DNA from: Octopus sinensis
Lineage: Eukaryota
Reading direction: 5' to 3'
DNA: 64,000 bases
NCBI RefSeq assembly: GCF_006345805.1
Contig: NC_043001.1
Location: 73,656,001-73,720,000, forward strand
In this document: positions 35,658 through 49,553 of the stretch, one piece after another
How positions within the stretch are numbered: the stretch's first letter is position 1
How the letters are laid out: the number at the start of each line of letters is the position of its first letter
Program-made: the position numbers and the translations under genes
The notes under the pieces: generated by a model
Database searches by the model: none
Told to the model about the DNA's origin: nothing
Seen by the model: the letters and a program-made list of their open reading frames with translations, nothing else

Positions 35658-36421
35658 TACAAGATCACATGACCAAAGTGCGGGATTGGAATTATTTTAG
35701 TTCGGTGATTTTAAAATTTTTATTCAAAATTTAATAAGATCCTTTAAATTTCATATATTAATTTTTAAAATATTATACAACATTTATATTACTTTAATTC
35801 TGTTGTTATAACTTTACTCTCAGAAACTTCGAATTTGTCAAAAGTAGGTCGCAAACTCTGTCTAAGAAGTCATCCGATCTAAAAAATAGTTCACACTGTA
35901 TACTTAACATTTAAGATATCGTTTCGTTCATTGTCTTCAGTGTTGCGAATTATGAAGAATATTTGCTTTCGTATTACTTTTTTTTAAAATTTTGAAAACT
36001 AAAGCATCTTAGTAATCATGGAATTTCTAACTGACACAGAGGCCTGATATAAAGTGCTGAATTCCCAGAAATGTATTCCGGCTCCTGTCTAGCAGATCGT
36101 GTCTGTCATTACTGAAATATCAGACTTGTGTAAATATATCAACAAATGTGCCTTCCATGAGGATTTGTTATTTAGGGAAAAAACTCCAAACTACTAAATA
36201 TAACCGTCTATGATAAAGCCGAACAAGGATTTAGTGGAATCTAACAGCTCTCTACCAGTCTCCGAAGGAAGCGGTTGTATAACTTGTTGTCTTACTCATC
36301 ATAAGTTAATTCTCTCAACCTTCCTCTGTCATTTTAACTTCACATTACCAACAAATGGAAATACGAGTGTATCGACGGCGCCACTTTTCTCACATCTGAA
36401 GATACTGGACAACACGAAAAG
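35658..36421. promoter_or_regulatory. SLC37A promoter/5'UTR, possibly bidirectional
   Basis: Immediately upstream of the SLC37A ATG; CpGs retained; GACGGCGCC-rich patch near 36380 followed by a plus-strand GAG|GTAAAT donor at 36438. Confidence 0.5.
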
Positions 36422-36522
36422 ATGTCCTTGCCCGAGAGGTAAATTTTTAAAAATCTAAACAAACAGAAAAAAGGGATATCCATCTATTTTTTCTCTGCCA
36501 TTATTCATTGTTCCAGTGTTTA

Positions 36523-36561
<39 letters not shown>

Positions 36562-38128
36562 TCCTCTCTCTCTCTCTCTATCTATCTATCTACATTCTTA
36601 CCTGCTTTTCTCCTTCATATAAACACACACACACTCTTTTCTAATTCTATATTCCACTTTGCTTCTCTGTATACATCTCCCTGCATTCCTCCCTGTCTCA
36701 TCTACCTATCTATCCACACATACATATTCATACACACACACATAAACACACTCAGACACTCACACACATTCGCCTCAGTCTATCTACATCTCTGTCATTT
36801 CCTCTTCGTCTAACTCTGCCGCATATTTCTGACATACATCACAAACATCTCTGCAAATATGCCCTCTTTATTCACATAGACACACAATTTATTATTTTAG
36901 CCTACCATCGTCTCTTATTCATCCACTTTGAGTTTATGTTTGTTCTTGCTAATTCTTCTTATCTTGTTGCCAAATGTTTCCAACGGAAATCGCCGATTCT
37001 ACTTCATGTTCCTCCCTCACACTTTTCACAACTTTCTTCCACACACGTATACAATCATACACTCATTTTCTTGTTGTATGTGTGTGATTCTGGTGTGTGT
37101 GCGAGGTGAATTTGAGTTGATCATTCTCTCTTTCTTTTTCAATCTCTGAATTCATTGAGATCGAAATGTTTACATTCACACACACACATACACACAATCA
37201 CACATTGTCTGTATGGTATGTGATATGTGATTTTCGCGTGTGGGAACTGAACTTAGATTGATCGTCCTTTCTTTTCTCTGTCTCTTTCCGAATTCTTTGA
37301 GGATATCAATATTTATACATACAGAGACACACACACATCCACTCGTCATGTGTGTAAGTTTAGTGTCAGGGCGTGAATTTGGGTTGGTATCCTCTCTCTC
37401 TCTTTCTGAATTCATAGATGACATCAAAATATTTACACACACGCACACACATTGGTTTTATACCCTCAATGTAATCATACTAAATTCTGTTTATCCTTAT
37501 CCACTATCCCCCCACCATTTCAGGTGTTTCTTTACAAAGCGAACCAAGGGAATGAATTTAGAAATCAAAGACAAGCATCCATTTTAGGACCGTTGTTATT
37601 ACTAAAATCTATTTCTCTAGAGAGTCTTGAAGGAAGTGATGATGAATTTAGAAAGAATATTAACGTATCGCACACATCTTGAATTACTCTTTTTAACTTT
37701 TTAAACACTCTTCCATCTTTTCTCTTCGCGAATTCTCCCGTGGAAATATCAGGTGTATTTTCGATTGCCATCCCACTAGGATGGGCGAAATCTGCACAAC
37801 CAACAAACGGTTGTGTGAATTTTGGGTGTTCAACTTAGCTGCCATGAAGTTCTTACTAACGGCTTCTAGTCTAATGTCTGGATATGTGTATGCATGTCAT
37901 ATTTATGTATTTATGTGTGCTTATTCATATATGTGCGGGTGTGTATGTACTTTACGTATGTTATATATACGTGTGTGTATATATTAATGTCTGTTGTTTT
38001 ATGTCGAGTTCTTTATAACAAAAAGAGAAAAGAACAATTTGATATTAACGATTTATTCAAAACTTTAGTAGTGGACATGTTTATTAAACTTTTACAAAGA
38101 AAAGATTGACTGCGACTGTGTGTGTGTA

Positions 38129-38168
<40 letters not shown>

Positions 38169-38222
38169 TACACAATTGAAAGAGCTACTAATAGTTTAAT
38201 GCGATATATATATATATATATA

Positions 38223-38601
38223 CTAGCAGTATCGCCCGGCGTTGCTCGGGTTTGTAAGGGAAATAACTATAAAGCATTTTTAGAGAGTTATAGCCAAAAA
38301 ATAGCAAAAAAATGGAAAAAAAATGATGGTAAATTTTTTGAGAGTTAAAAAAGGTGGAGTTGCGTCCCCTAGACGGTCTGTGGTTTGGGTTTTTGATTCT
38401 CGACCCCATGTCGAATTTATCGATTTTTTTCAGAACTGGGGGAACTTTTCAAAATTTTCGCTGCGTTAGTTTTGAATTATGACATTGGGCTATGTGTGTG
38501 TCAAGTTTCATCAGAATCGGTTGAAAGCCGTGGTCAGAGTGAGGGTACGAGAAAACAGACACACAGAAACACACACAGACAAACTGCCGTTTATATATAG
38601 A
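38223..38601 (-). mobile_element. Non-autonomous Helitron-like element (same 3' end as 3833-4227)
   Basis: Minus-strand TCTATATATAAA start; near-identical ~55-nt 3' terminus ending CTAG. Confidence 0.8.
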
Positions 38602-38699
38602 GAGATATATATATATATATATAGTGAGGGAGAGATTTATTATATAAATACATATATGTATGTACGTCTGTTTATACGTATGCATACGGAGTAAACTTC

Positions 38700-39950
38700 T
38701 ATATTTTGCATTCTTTATCGGCTTGGCAAAACTCTTCGACAGGGTTCTAAAGTCTGTAATCTCGTGGTCGCTAAGGAAGCTAAGAATAAATGTATAGTTT
38801 CTGGAGGTCAGACAAACTATGTCAAGAGGTACAGTTGCTGTCATCAAAGTGAGGATTAGCAGTGAATTCAGCAGCGATGCAGGCATGTCTGAGTCCTCAG
38901 ACTCAGTCAGTCCTCCGCCCTTTATATATTTTTTGTAGTTCTCTAGGCCATAAAGAGGGGAGTTTGAGAGCGCTGCTGCGTGAACTATATGTTAGTGACC
39001 TACTTATAGCAGAATTTGTAGATGGAGAGAAATTTTAGACTTGCAAACAAAATCAAGAATCGTAAGACCTCAAAGTAAACTTAGTAAAGATTATAGTTTT
39101 AGTAAATAGGAAAGGTGGCAAGACCCTGCTGCAATCAACGAAATGACTCTGCTTAGTATGTAAAAAAGGAATTGGAAAATGATGCACAGAGGTGTTGTGA
39201 AACCACATGAGCCTCGTATGTAGTAGATGCACAAAAGTTGTTTATTAAACACAAAATAAATTCCATGAAATTCTTGGAAAGCTCACTTAGAAGTAGTTGA
39301 GAGCTGTTGTTACCTAGGTGACCTAATTTGCAGTGGATGTAGCTGTGTCAAAAGCATAGTAGCCAGAGTGAGAACAGGGTGGACAAACTCAAGGAGCTAT
39401 TACCTCTGCTGGCCACAAAGTTGTTTTGTCTCCTAATGAGTGGTGCACTACATGATATTTGTCTATGATCTCTGATGCTGCATGGTAGTGTAAAGTGGAC
39501 ACTAAATGCAGAGGGAGTGTAAAGATTGGAAAGGACTGAAGCAAGCATGCTCTCCTAGATGTATAATGTTAGTGTGTATAAACAATAAAGTATAAATGAA
39601 CTGAGAGAAAAACTGATTATGAGGACTTACATGTAATATGTAAAAAGAGAAGACTGCATCTATGGTCATGAGGTACGTTTGGAGGTTGACTGCTGCATAA
39701 GGAAATGCTGATAGCTAAAAGTAGATGGAAGTTGTGAAAGAGGGAGACACAGGAATATATTTTTTCTTTTTTCTTGCTGAATCTCAAGAAAGATGCAAAC
39801 TCTGCAAAACTGGTGAGATTGATGCTATTAATGTTCTGCTAAAACCTTTACAGGAAAGACTTGAATTGGAAGGACATTCTGGAGGGCTAATGTTCTGGGG
39901 AAGAAGGATTGGGATAAGTGGTTAGATATGGGACAAAGTAGTGAAAACTA
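38700..39950 (+). mobile_element. RTE-clade LINE RT/3' remnant
   Basis: LFDRVLKSVISWSLRKL...ELYVSDL...KVNLVK...RVRTGW..LRELLPLL..K, with many stops and frameshifts. Confidence 0.75.
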
Positions 39951-40919
39951 ATTCCAAGATGCTGAGCCTCACCAAAAGGATGAGGATTGGTGATATGTGA
40001 TGCTGGGAAAGAGCTGCCTACTCATGCAAGCATAGTGAAATAAATGTCAAAATGGCTGTGTGATTAAGAAGTTTGTTTCCCAGCTGTGTTGTTTCAGGTT
40101 CAGTCCCACTGCATGGTATCTTGGGCCAATCAAAGTCTGATGAGTGTTATTTGGTAGAAAGAAGCTTGTTGTATAGTAGAAGACATGCTCAAGGTGTCAC
40201 ACAACTTGGGTATGTGTCTTCTAATGTAGCCCTACATGGATCAAAGCTTTTTGGACTTGTTTGACAGAAACTGACACAAGCTCATTGTGAGCGAGTGCAT
40301 GTGTGTGTTTCCTTGTCTTGACACTACGTGATTGTTGTAAAGGAGCATCTATTTTGTATAAGCACTCATTCATTTCCAATCTTCTGTGAAAACATATCTG
40401 ACCTTGGGGAAATATTACTTTGGAGACAGGTGAAGGTTGGCAACAGGAAGGGCATCCAACTGTAGAAAATCTGCCTCTGAATTTTGTTTGACCCATGCAA
40501 ATATAGAAAAGTAGCCATTAAAACATTGATGATAATATATACATGTGTGTATCTGTGTTTGTCCCCTCTTGACAACCTGTGTCCCTGCAACTTAGTGGTT
40601 TAGCAAAAGAGATTGATAAAACAAGTACTAGGCTTAAAAGAAATTAAGTTTTAATGATGAGGACGCTGTCATGTATGTGTTTGTGTTTATATATGATGAT
40701 GATCTCTCCCATCATTTTCAATGTACAAGGGTCTGACAACATGCAATTTCTTTGTCAGTTGAATTTGACATTTGAGATCTGCCAGCAATTTGTAAAGAAG
40801 CTTACAGATGCTGCAAGTATGAAGATTATGGGTCAGTGCAGACAGTATGTTTGCAGCCACTTTTTTCCTTTGCCTTGCAGCCCTTAGCTGTTAACATATA
40901 TGAGCACCAAATAAAACTA

Positions 40920-41700
40920 AGTCATTGGGGAGAAGTGTGTTTGGAATGGTAGAGGCATACTTACCCTTACTGCTGAAGAAAAAAGAGGTAAGGAAATACT
41001 ATTATGAAGGGTTGTTGAATGAGTGCAATTCATCGGAAATAGTGGGTCTACCTCATGTTGACCCAACAGAGAGACCAGTGATTCAAGTTAACAGTAGTAT
41101 GGTAGATAGAGAGGTTAAGGATATGAAGGCAAAGAAAGTTGCTGGTCTATCTGATGTCATTGCTGAGATGTTTCAAATATCTAGTGTTTTATGGTGCTTA
41201 AATAGTTAATTTGGTAATACAAGAAGATGTCATATGTCCAGTGACAGGTGCAGTTCACTGTTACAAGGGCAAAAGAGATGCATATAGAAAAGCAGTTATA
41301 GAGGCATTGATTGTGAAACTAGGTTATAGAGGTAATGGAAAAAGAGCATTATTGATTAGGAACAAAATTAGCCTAGATGAGATGCAGCTTAACATTATTC
41401 CTGGAAAAGATACCACCGGTGATCTTCCTAGTGTGATAACTTTGAAAGTACTTAGCTAAGAGTAAACCAATATACCTAGTATTTATCTACTTTGGGAAGG
41501 CATTTGACAAGATACCACACTGTTATCTGCTGGCCACTAAAGAAATTTGGTGTAGTTGAATAGTAGGTGAGGACCATACAAGCTATGTATAAGGGTGCAG
41601 TTAGCAAAGTGAAAGACAGTAATGAGTTCAGCAAAGAATTTAGTGTGCAGGTAGGGTTCATCAAGGCTCAGTCCTTAGTCTCACCTGTTCATTATAGTCC
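40920..41700 (+). mobile_element. RTE-clade LINE RT remnant
   Basis: LDEMQ...PGKDTT, AFDKIPH, VRTIQAMYKGAVSKVK...FSVQVG. Confidence 0.75.
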
Positions 41701-42559
41701 TAAAATGGCTGTTTGTGTGACTTATATCCTGATGGTAGTACTATGGGCATGTGATGTGTATAGAGGATAACTGCAACTTAAGGAAGTGCTGAGCACTCTA
41801 AGTAAATGTAACATGCAGAGAAGGTGACAAAGGACTGTGTTGATTAGCAATACGTAGTACTGGCAAAGACATAAGCACTCACACATGCTTGGTGAAAATG
41901 GGGGAGGTGAGAGTATATAATATATATAAGCATCTAGGTCTTTCACTCATTTGTACAATCTATTGCTCACTTTGGTTGTTTGATACTCTCTCATCTCTCT
42001 ATTATTGCTTCTCTTGCTCATTACCCAATACCACTAAATGAGACTTAATGGATCTGTCCATATTCATTGATCACCTCTCTATCATCCCTTCCATATCTCA
42101 CTTCTCCTCTTCTGAATCACAATGCCCAAGTAATGAGGGATTGCATCAGATCTTCTGGTATCTAATACACTCCTTCTTTTACTCCTGCTCGCTACTAGTT
42201 AGCACTCTCCTCCTTTCCTCCTTAAGGTAATACCTTTATTGACATCCATCTCTCATTAACCAGTTAACATTACCTGTCTTTGCTGCTAACCTCCATACTT
42301 CTGTCATACTTTATTGACATCCGTCACATTCTGTTACCACCACCAATTCCTATAGCTATCCATCAAAAACTCTCTCTTTCTCACCAACGAACATGAAGCT
42401 GTGTTAGTGTCTCTCTCCCATCAGGATGCCTAAGTAATGAAAGATTGCATAAAATGTGTTGGTATACTATTCTTCCTCCTCTCACACTCTCTCCTTCCAT
42501 GTTGTCTACTTCCTGCAATGTGCTTATCCCAAGCAACTGTTGATGTTGCATGCTATTAC

Positions 42560-43510
42560 ATCCCTACCCTATTGCCTTGAACTTGCCTTCACCAACTACT
42601 TTCCACCCAACAGCTCTTAAGCACTATAGCCTACAACACTTTTGTTTCTTGTTACCCCTGTTGCCTTTCTTATTTTGTCTGAACACCTTCCTTCAGACAC
42701 GACTGAAATTTGGGTGGCTTTCTTTCTGATCTACACCCAACTTGGATCCTTTGCTTACATTGCAACATAGATCGTGTTGTCCATGTTGCTACCAACTTAC
42801 ATTGAAGTCAACTATTCATTTATGAACTGCATCATTTGCACTTCCAAAAATGTCATTTACTGCTATAAATGCAAACTCCGTTACTTACCATACATAGAGG
42901 AACCAGGTTGCCAGTTGCAGCTCTCTTTAGCAAAAACTTGCGGGTCATTTGAAACTACATCAGATCACTTAGGTTTGTAGCCCTCCACTTCACTTGCCTG
43001 GTCACTCCCACTTGCACCTTGCATCTAGTCTGGGGGATTATACCACATCATAGTACTCTCATTTCCTGGCTTTGTCATGAACAGCTGTTGATCTTCCACT
43101 ACAACATATGTACTCTGCTGATATTAACAAGTGACTTGCTTTCCTACTTGCCCCACACATACGCCATACCTCTCCCCCTTTTTTCTACCTGTATGCCAAC
43201 ACAGCATTTACACATACACACCATATCATTTACCTTTTGTATCCTTATATTAACACGCCACCATAGATTCACGCTCTAATCTATGTTACCTTGCATGCAT
43301 GTCATACACATCCTACATGTTCCCCTTTTGGCTCACATACATACAAAAACATTTTTCACATATATTTACTCCACTCGATCACATACATTCTCTTTGTCTA
43401 AGTTTGAAAATGCAATAAGTAGCAATGAGTTACTAATCTCTCTGTAGATTGAATATTTGTACTCTTTTTGTGAGGAAGGTCTGACAGGACTAGAAACTGT
43501 TCAAATCAGT
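42560..43510 (+). mobile_element. Penelope-like element 3' remnant (GIY-YIG endonuclease) with a degenerate HHR-like motif in its 3' tail
   Basis: CTSKNVIYCYKCKLRYLPYIEEPGCQL, then frameshifted ...LR...VALHF..PGHS; GTGAGGA-AGGTC..GACT-AGAAAC at 43470-43497. Confidence 0.65.
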
Positions 43511-44360
43511 CCTACTTTTTTCTGTCCAAGGAATGATCAAAACCTCTTATAACCATTCACAACAAAGCTATAATTATTCTTTACAAAAATGCAGCTAATT
43601 TCTGCCAGAGAACAATTTTTATCTTAAGGTTCCAAACAAACAATATCAGATTGTATATGTTCAAATTTAGTTGTTTTTATTCTGAGGTTCCACCAATATT
43701 ATTTTAAGCCATTGGTCATATGTTCACCTTCGTTCATTGGTTGTTATTTTGTTTTTTCTTACTCTATTGCAGATATCTCTGGCTATCACATCATGCCTTA
43801 TGGGAAGGTAGTATCTAGAGGATATTCTCTCAAGTTTGTAATGATATGGCTAATGTCTTCAGTATTATTTGCGTAGCTTACCTATTTGTTGTCAGCTGAT
43901 GTTTTTCTGTCTTTTGTGTAGAAGGTATTTGGTGGGGTTGTCTTGTTTTGGACTGCATGGAGGTAACATTCAAAGTGAGCTGTTATAAACTTGTTGATAC
44001 TCTATACTAGGCTTTTAGTGTGGTTTATTTCCTCTATGGTCTGTGTTCTTATTTTTTTCATTTCAAGTAGTTGTGCACAACTTTCTCGGTGAACTGGTTT
44101 ATTTTTTTTTATTTTGTTGTGTTAATTATCATTTTGCCAGTGTTCCTTGGAAAGAGATCTGTGTTATCTTTTATTTCATGTTTTTATTTTTGTGTCAAGG
44201 CATAAGCATGGCTGTGTGGTTAAGAAGTTTGCTTCCCAACCACGCAGTTTCTGGTTCAGCCCTAGTGCGTAACACTTTGGGCAAGTGTCTGGGTTGACCA
44301 AAGCCTTGTGAGTGAATTTGGTAGACAGAAACTGAAAGAAACTTGTTATATGTATGGATA

Positions 44361-44428
<68 letters not shown>

Positions 44429-46286
44429 GCAGTTATGTGGATAAACAAATTAGATACATCAAATATATTATCCTGGGCATGAAATACAAAATATGTATAT
44501 ATCTATACATGCAAAACGAGAGAATGCAAAAGATGGGGAGTTTCAGATGATGAATTTTTGAGTATAACTATATAGATATTTATAAGTCCAACTTAGATTA
44601 CTAATGACAAAAAAAAAAGGGTGCGGTGGGGGGGTAGAAGAAAAAGTGTTATAAGTCCAAAAGCAGTTTCTGGGGGCTCAGCAGTCTGTAATAATGTTGA
44701 TAGATTTAGTTCATCACAACATGTGTCTGTATGGATGCAATTAACATTAGATGTGTGTGTGTGTGTGTTTGTGTCTTATCTTGACATTCCAGGATAGTTG
44801 TAAATGAGTATTACTGTCATGCAAGCAGTGTCATTCATTTCCAGTAGTCTGCAGAAAACATGTCTGGCCTTTGGGAAATACTTCTTTGCTTGGAAACAGG
44901 TTAGGTTTGGCGAGAGGAGGGGCATCTAGCCATAGAAAATCTGCCTCAATGAATTTTGTCTGCTCCATGTGAGCATGGAAAAGTGAACATCAAACTTGAT
45001 GATGATTGTAAACTTGATAGTTGTTAGATGAGCTATTTTTCTCTGCTAGAGTTGTTGCTTCAGTGTTATAATACATGTCTTTTCTGGTGTTAATTCAGAT
45101 TTAAGCCATAACCATCATCCTTTTATGAGAATTATAATCTGTCTACATATCCATTGATGTTGAAATATCCAGTGACACCAAGCAATTAATGAGTTCTTGC
45201 ATCCATCTTGCTCAGTTTTTGTAGTTACCAATTCAGAAGACCAAAAAAATAGGTGTCATGAATGGTACCAGATGAGGTATTAATTTCCTTTTCCCCTACT
45301 TGTCAATGGCTCCATCATTCTCAATGTTCTCATCTAGTTCAGGATACTTGTGATTTTAGATGGCTGTATTGTCATACTATTCATGTTTTATTTTATTGTA
45401 TTTTATTTTTTTATATGATACAAGTTTTCTTTATCTAGTCACCAAAAATGCATATTTTAGACTCACTAAATTTCATATTAATTCTTCTTTCCTATTGAAT
45501 TATGAAATCCAATTGTTTTGTTTGTTGTGTCTAATATTTGGCTCATACATCTTCAGGTCATCTCCATAAGAAAGGTAAGAAATGTTTCTGCACTCAGGCT
45601 ATCAATTTCTATGAACACCATGTTTTATGAGCAGGTATGATAACAGATTTAATGAGTAGAGTGATAAGCTACTGCTCTGCTGGATACCATTTTATGATTT
45701 TGTATAAATGTCAGATTTTATTGCTTTGTTTTCACCTTTGATAAGTGGCGTGCCAAGTTCTTGGTCGAATAGTAGTAATAGTAGTTTCTACCAGTGGCTA
45801 AAGGTAATCTTTAATGATCCACTGCAGTGTCTTTATGTTGATTAGTAGCTACTTTGTGCAGCACCACACATCTTTCTCTCTCCTCATCTTGCTCAGGTAA
45901 TATAACATTGTTGGTGGCACAAGAATATTATGAGAACAGGTCGAGGCACTAAATATATGTATCTCTTACGTATGCTGTTCTGGCAGGCTACTAGGTGTTA
46001 ATTTATGTGAGTGTTGATGCAGGCATGGTTGTGTAGTTAAGAAGCTTGTTTCCAAACTATGTGGCTTTGGGTTTGGTTCTGCTATATCCCCCACCCAACC
46101 AAAATAGATATGGTAGAAAGAAACTGAAAGAAGCCTGTTGTATATATATGTGTTCATTTCTCTTTTGCATATGTGATTTTATTTTTGTTCTTCTATATAA
46201 ATGAAGATATTTCCTTCATTTTGCTACTTTTCTTTCTACGAAATGAGAAGATAAATTACGGAACTGTTATTTTAACAAGTTGTGGC

Positions 46287-46402
46287 TATTTATCACCTGA
46301 TGAGACACATCTGCACCACCAGATGCTCCTGAATCAGTTGTTAAGTGTCACACCTGTGAGGGACCAATGCCTGATGTGTCGAAACAATTGTTATGATTAA
46401 TA
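46287..46402 (+). ncRNA. Type I hammerhead ribozyme motif (decayed) with long stem II insertion
   Basis: Stem I TATTTATCAC/ATGATTAATA (8/10), CTGATGA, stem II GACACATC/GATGTGTC, GAAAC-AATT-GT-T. Confidence 0.7.
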
Positions 46403-46456
46403 ATAAATTCTCGTATATTCCATTTTCTGTCCTTCATTTACTCTACATCCTATATA

Positions 46457-46504
<48 letters not shown>

Positions 46505-47055
46505 CTACCCTTTTCTTTGCATCATGTGATGATAGTAAATGAGCATCATCGTCATAGAAGTGATGTTGTCTGTTTCCAGTTTTCTGTAAAGAACATGTTT
46601 GACCAGGGGAAAATATTATCTTGCTTGGAAACAGGTATGGGTTAGCTACAGGGAGGACTTCTAACTGTAGAAAAACTTATCCAGGCAAATTCCATCTGAC
46701 CCATGCAAGCATGGAAAAGTGGTTGTTAAAACAATGATGATAAATGATTAACAGATAGCTTCGCTTAGAGGACTGAAAGATTACTTATTAATACAACCTT
46801 TTTAGATAGGGTTGCTACCATTTGGTTTTAGGCTTTCAGAAAATCAGAGATCCAAATGCCTGACTTTCATTATGAAAACACTGACATGACAAAGATTCTG
46901 TGTGGTTATCTCATCAAAAGCTTTTGTAAAATAAAACTATTTTCAGCTAGATGGATCCGGATAGCAGAGTCTTCAGAATTTGCTTGTGTTGTAGAAGGTG
47001 TTGAAACAGTTTCTTCTAAGGCAGAATGTGTTTGATGTTGTTAAAAAGCATCTAT

Positions 47056-47272
47056 TATGAGGGGATACTGAAAAGTTCCTGGCTTTGGGTAAAAGAAAAT
47101 ACTGGAAGATCAGTTAAGATTTTGTTCAACATATTCCCCTCTCAGATTCACACACTTATTGCAGTGGTCCTTCAGTTTTTCTAAGCCCTGTAAAAGAACT
47201 CAGAAGGTTGGGCCTCCAATCAAGTCTTTTATGATACTCTTAAAAGTCAGGAACTTTTCAGTGTCTCTTGTA
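47056..47272. mobile_element. Mariner-derived MITE
   Basis: TIRs TA-TGAGGGGATACTGAAAAGTTCCTGGCT and AGTCAGGAACTTTTCAGTGTCTCTTG-TA; TA flanks. Confidence 0.8.
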
Positions 47273-48272
47273 ATCCTAAATAGTTTACTATTTTTTCGCA
47301 TGTGATTATCTCTGGAACTTTTAAAGATGGAATGTAAGTGATACAGACCTGTAATTATTTGTCTGCATCCTACTGTCATCAGTCTTGAAATAGCTCCAAT
47401 AAAGTAATTTCAAGGATCTAGCTTGGCTGACTTTACAGGATTTTAGTGGTGAAGTTGGATAGCCATCTTATCTTGTAGCTGAATTTATGTCAAAATAGCA
47501 TATTAATTTGATTATGTCCAGTCTGATTAAGTTTATATGAGTTAGATTGCTGTGTAAAGTTATTGTCTGGTATGATATAGCAAAATGCTCAGTATGTTGC
47601 TCCCCTCCTCTCTCTCTCTCCCTTTCCCCCCTCTCTCTGGCTGAGAAAAGATGTTTTTGTATTGCTATTTGAACAGGTGATAAATCTGCAAAGGAATGTT
47701 CATATGTGTGCCATATTGACTCTGAAACAGACTGAGTTTTGAACTCAATACTAGAGACTTTGCATGCATTAAGGTAAAAAGTCTTAGGATTTTATTTTAT
47801 TCACTAAGCCACTGAGTGTTCTTTGATCTTTCCTAGTCATAGAAGCCTAGCAGTGCAACTTCAATGATTTTATTTTTTAAGAATCTTTTCTTGAATTTTT
47901 TTTTTCATGTGAATGCTGGATTATTTAAGCTTTTAGTAATAGTTGAGAGTTTCCACATGAGGATTCACCTCTTCCTGAGAATAGTATGTTTTATCAACAT
48001 TATCATCTGCATTGTTTCAATACCCACTTTCCATGCTTGCATAGCTTAGACAAAATTTCCTATGGCTGGATGCTCTTACTATCACCAAACCACATCTGTT
48101 TCCAAGTAAGGTAATATTTCCCCCAGATTTTCAATCATGAACAACATGGTGGCTGGACATGTTTTTGTAAAACATTGCAAACAAATTACACCACTTGATA
48201 TTTATTTAATGATGATATTTATTTACAATTAACAGAGTCTAGAGAAGAACACACAAACACTCCCACCTAGTG

Positions 48273-48304
<32 letters not shown>

Positions 48305-49518
48305 CAACAGTTTTTTTTTTCAGTTTCCATCTACCAAAAATCATACACAAGGCTTTGGGTAGCTTAGTGCTATTGTAGAAATCATTTGCCTATGGTGCTA
48401 CTCAATGGGATTGAACTTGAAACCAAGATGGTAGAAAGTGAACTTCTTAATCACACTTCCATTTTGGGTGTATAAGGGTACTGTTTTTAATATTTTTTGT
48501 TGTAAGGCAGCGAGCTGGCAGAATTGATAGCACATCAGGTAAAATGCTTAGTGGCATCTCGTCTGTCTTTGCTGCAGAGGTTGTCTTTGCCTTTCATCAT
48601 TTTGAGGTTGATAAAATAAGCACCAGTTGAACACTAGGTTCAATGTAATTGACTTTCCCCCTTCCCCAAACTTGCCGGCCTTGTGCCAAAATTTGGAATC
48701 AATATCTCTGTAGAAAAATTCATTTCTCCTGGCTAAATTATTCAGAATTATTTTACCAATCTACTTGATTCTTGATTGCTTTCCATTTACTTTTGACAAA
48801 TGGAGGTTTGTGTAATTTGCAATTTGTGACTGGGAAATTCTTTTCAATATTGTATATTTGGGAGTTCAGTGATTTTAGGATATGAAGAAGGGCATATTTC
48901 AATGAACCAGGATTTCATTGTTGGGGAATATTGGATTTATTGTATTATGGTTGTTTCTGAGTTGCATTATCAGTTGATGAATAAAGAGGTTTTTGTTCAT
49001 TTGTTTTATATGAGGAGGGCGGATATGTATCAGAGCATTTTTTTACAGATGGATGCTCTTCCTGTTGTTAACCCATTCCTTTTTTCAAGTAAGGGATATT
49101 TTTATTTTGGTGGTCATGCTTGAAAGTGCAGAGCCACAGTGTTGGGATTTGTTGGCACAGACTGTCAGCATAACATCACTCACTTTTGTTCAACACTTTC
49201 TTGAATGTACACTGAATGTAACATTCATTCACTTACTCTCTGTCTCTTATGCACATACAAATATATATATATACATTTATATATATTGTTTTTATGTCCA
49301 TTTCTCCAAGCTTGCATGGGTTAGACAGACATGTTATTGAGGCATTGTTTTACAGCCAGATACTCTTTCTGTCACTAACACTTAAGCTTTTTCAAGTAAG
49401 GGTTTCTTATTCCTCTCGGTTTCAGAGAACTGAAGAAAGTGGATGATTTGTTGACAAGAACTGACAACAATACTGCTACTACATCACAGCTTTCATACTG
49501 TGAAATGTAAACAAATAA

Positions 49519-49553
<35 letters not shown>

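Noticed and set aside
38449-38886. Minus-strand ORF MPASLLNSLLILTLMTATVP... looks like a signal peptide with an upstream TATA and could splice to 37565-37790 as a secreted precursor
   Set aside because: The plus strand of the same DNA is a decayed RTE reverse transcriptase (FDRV..SVISWSLRKL...); the ORF is its antisense shadow and runs into a microsatellite and Helitron.
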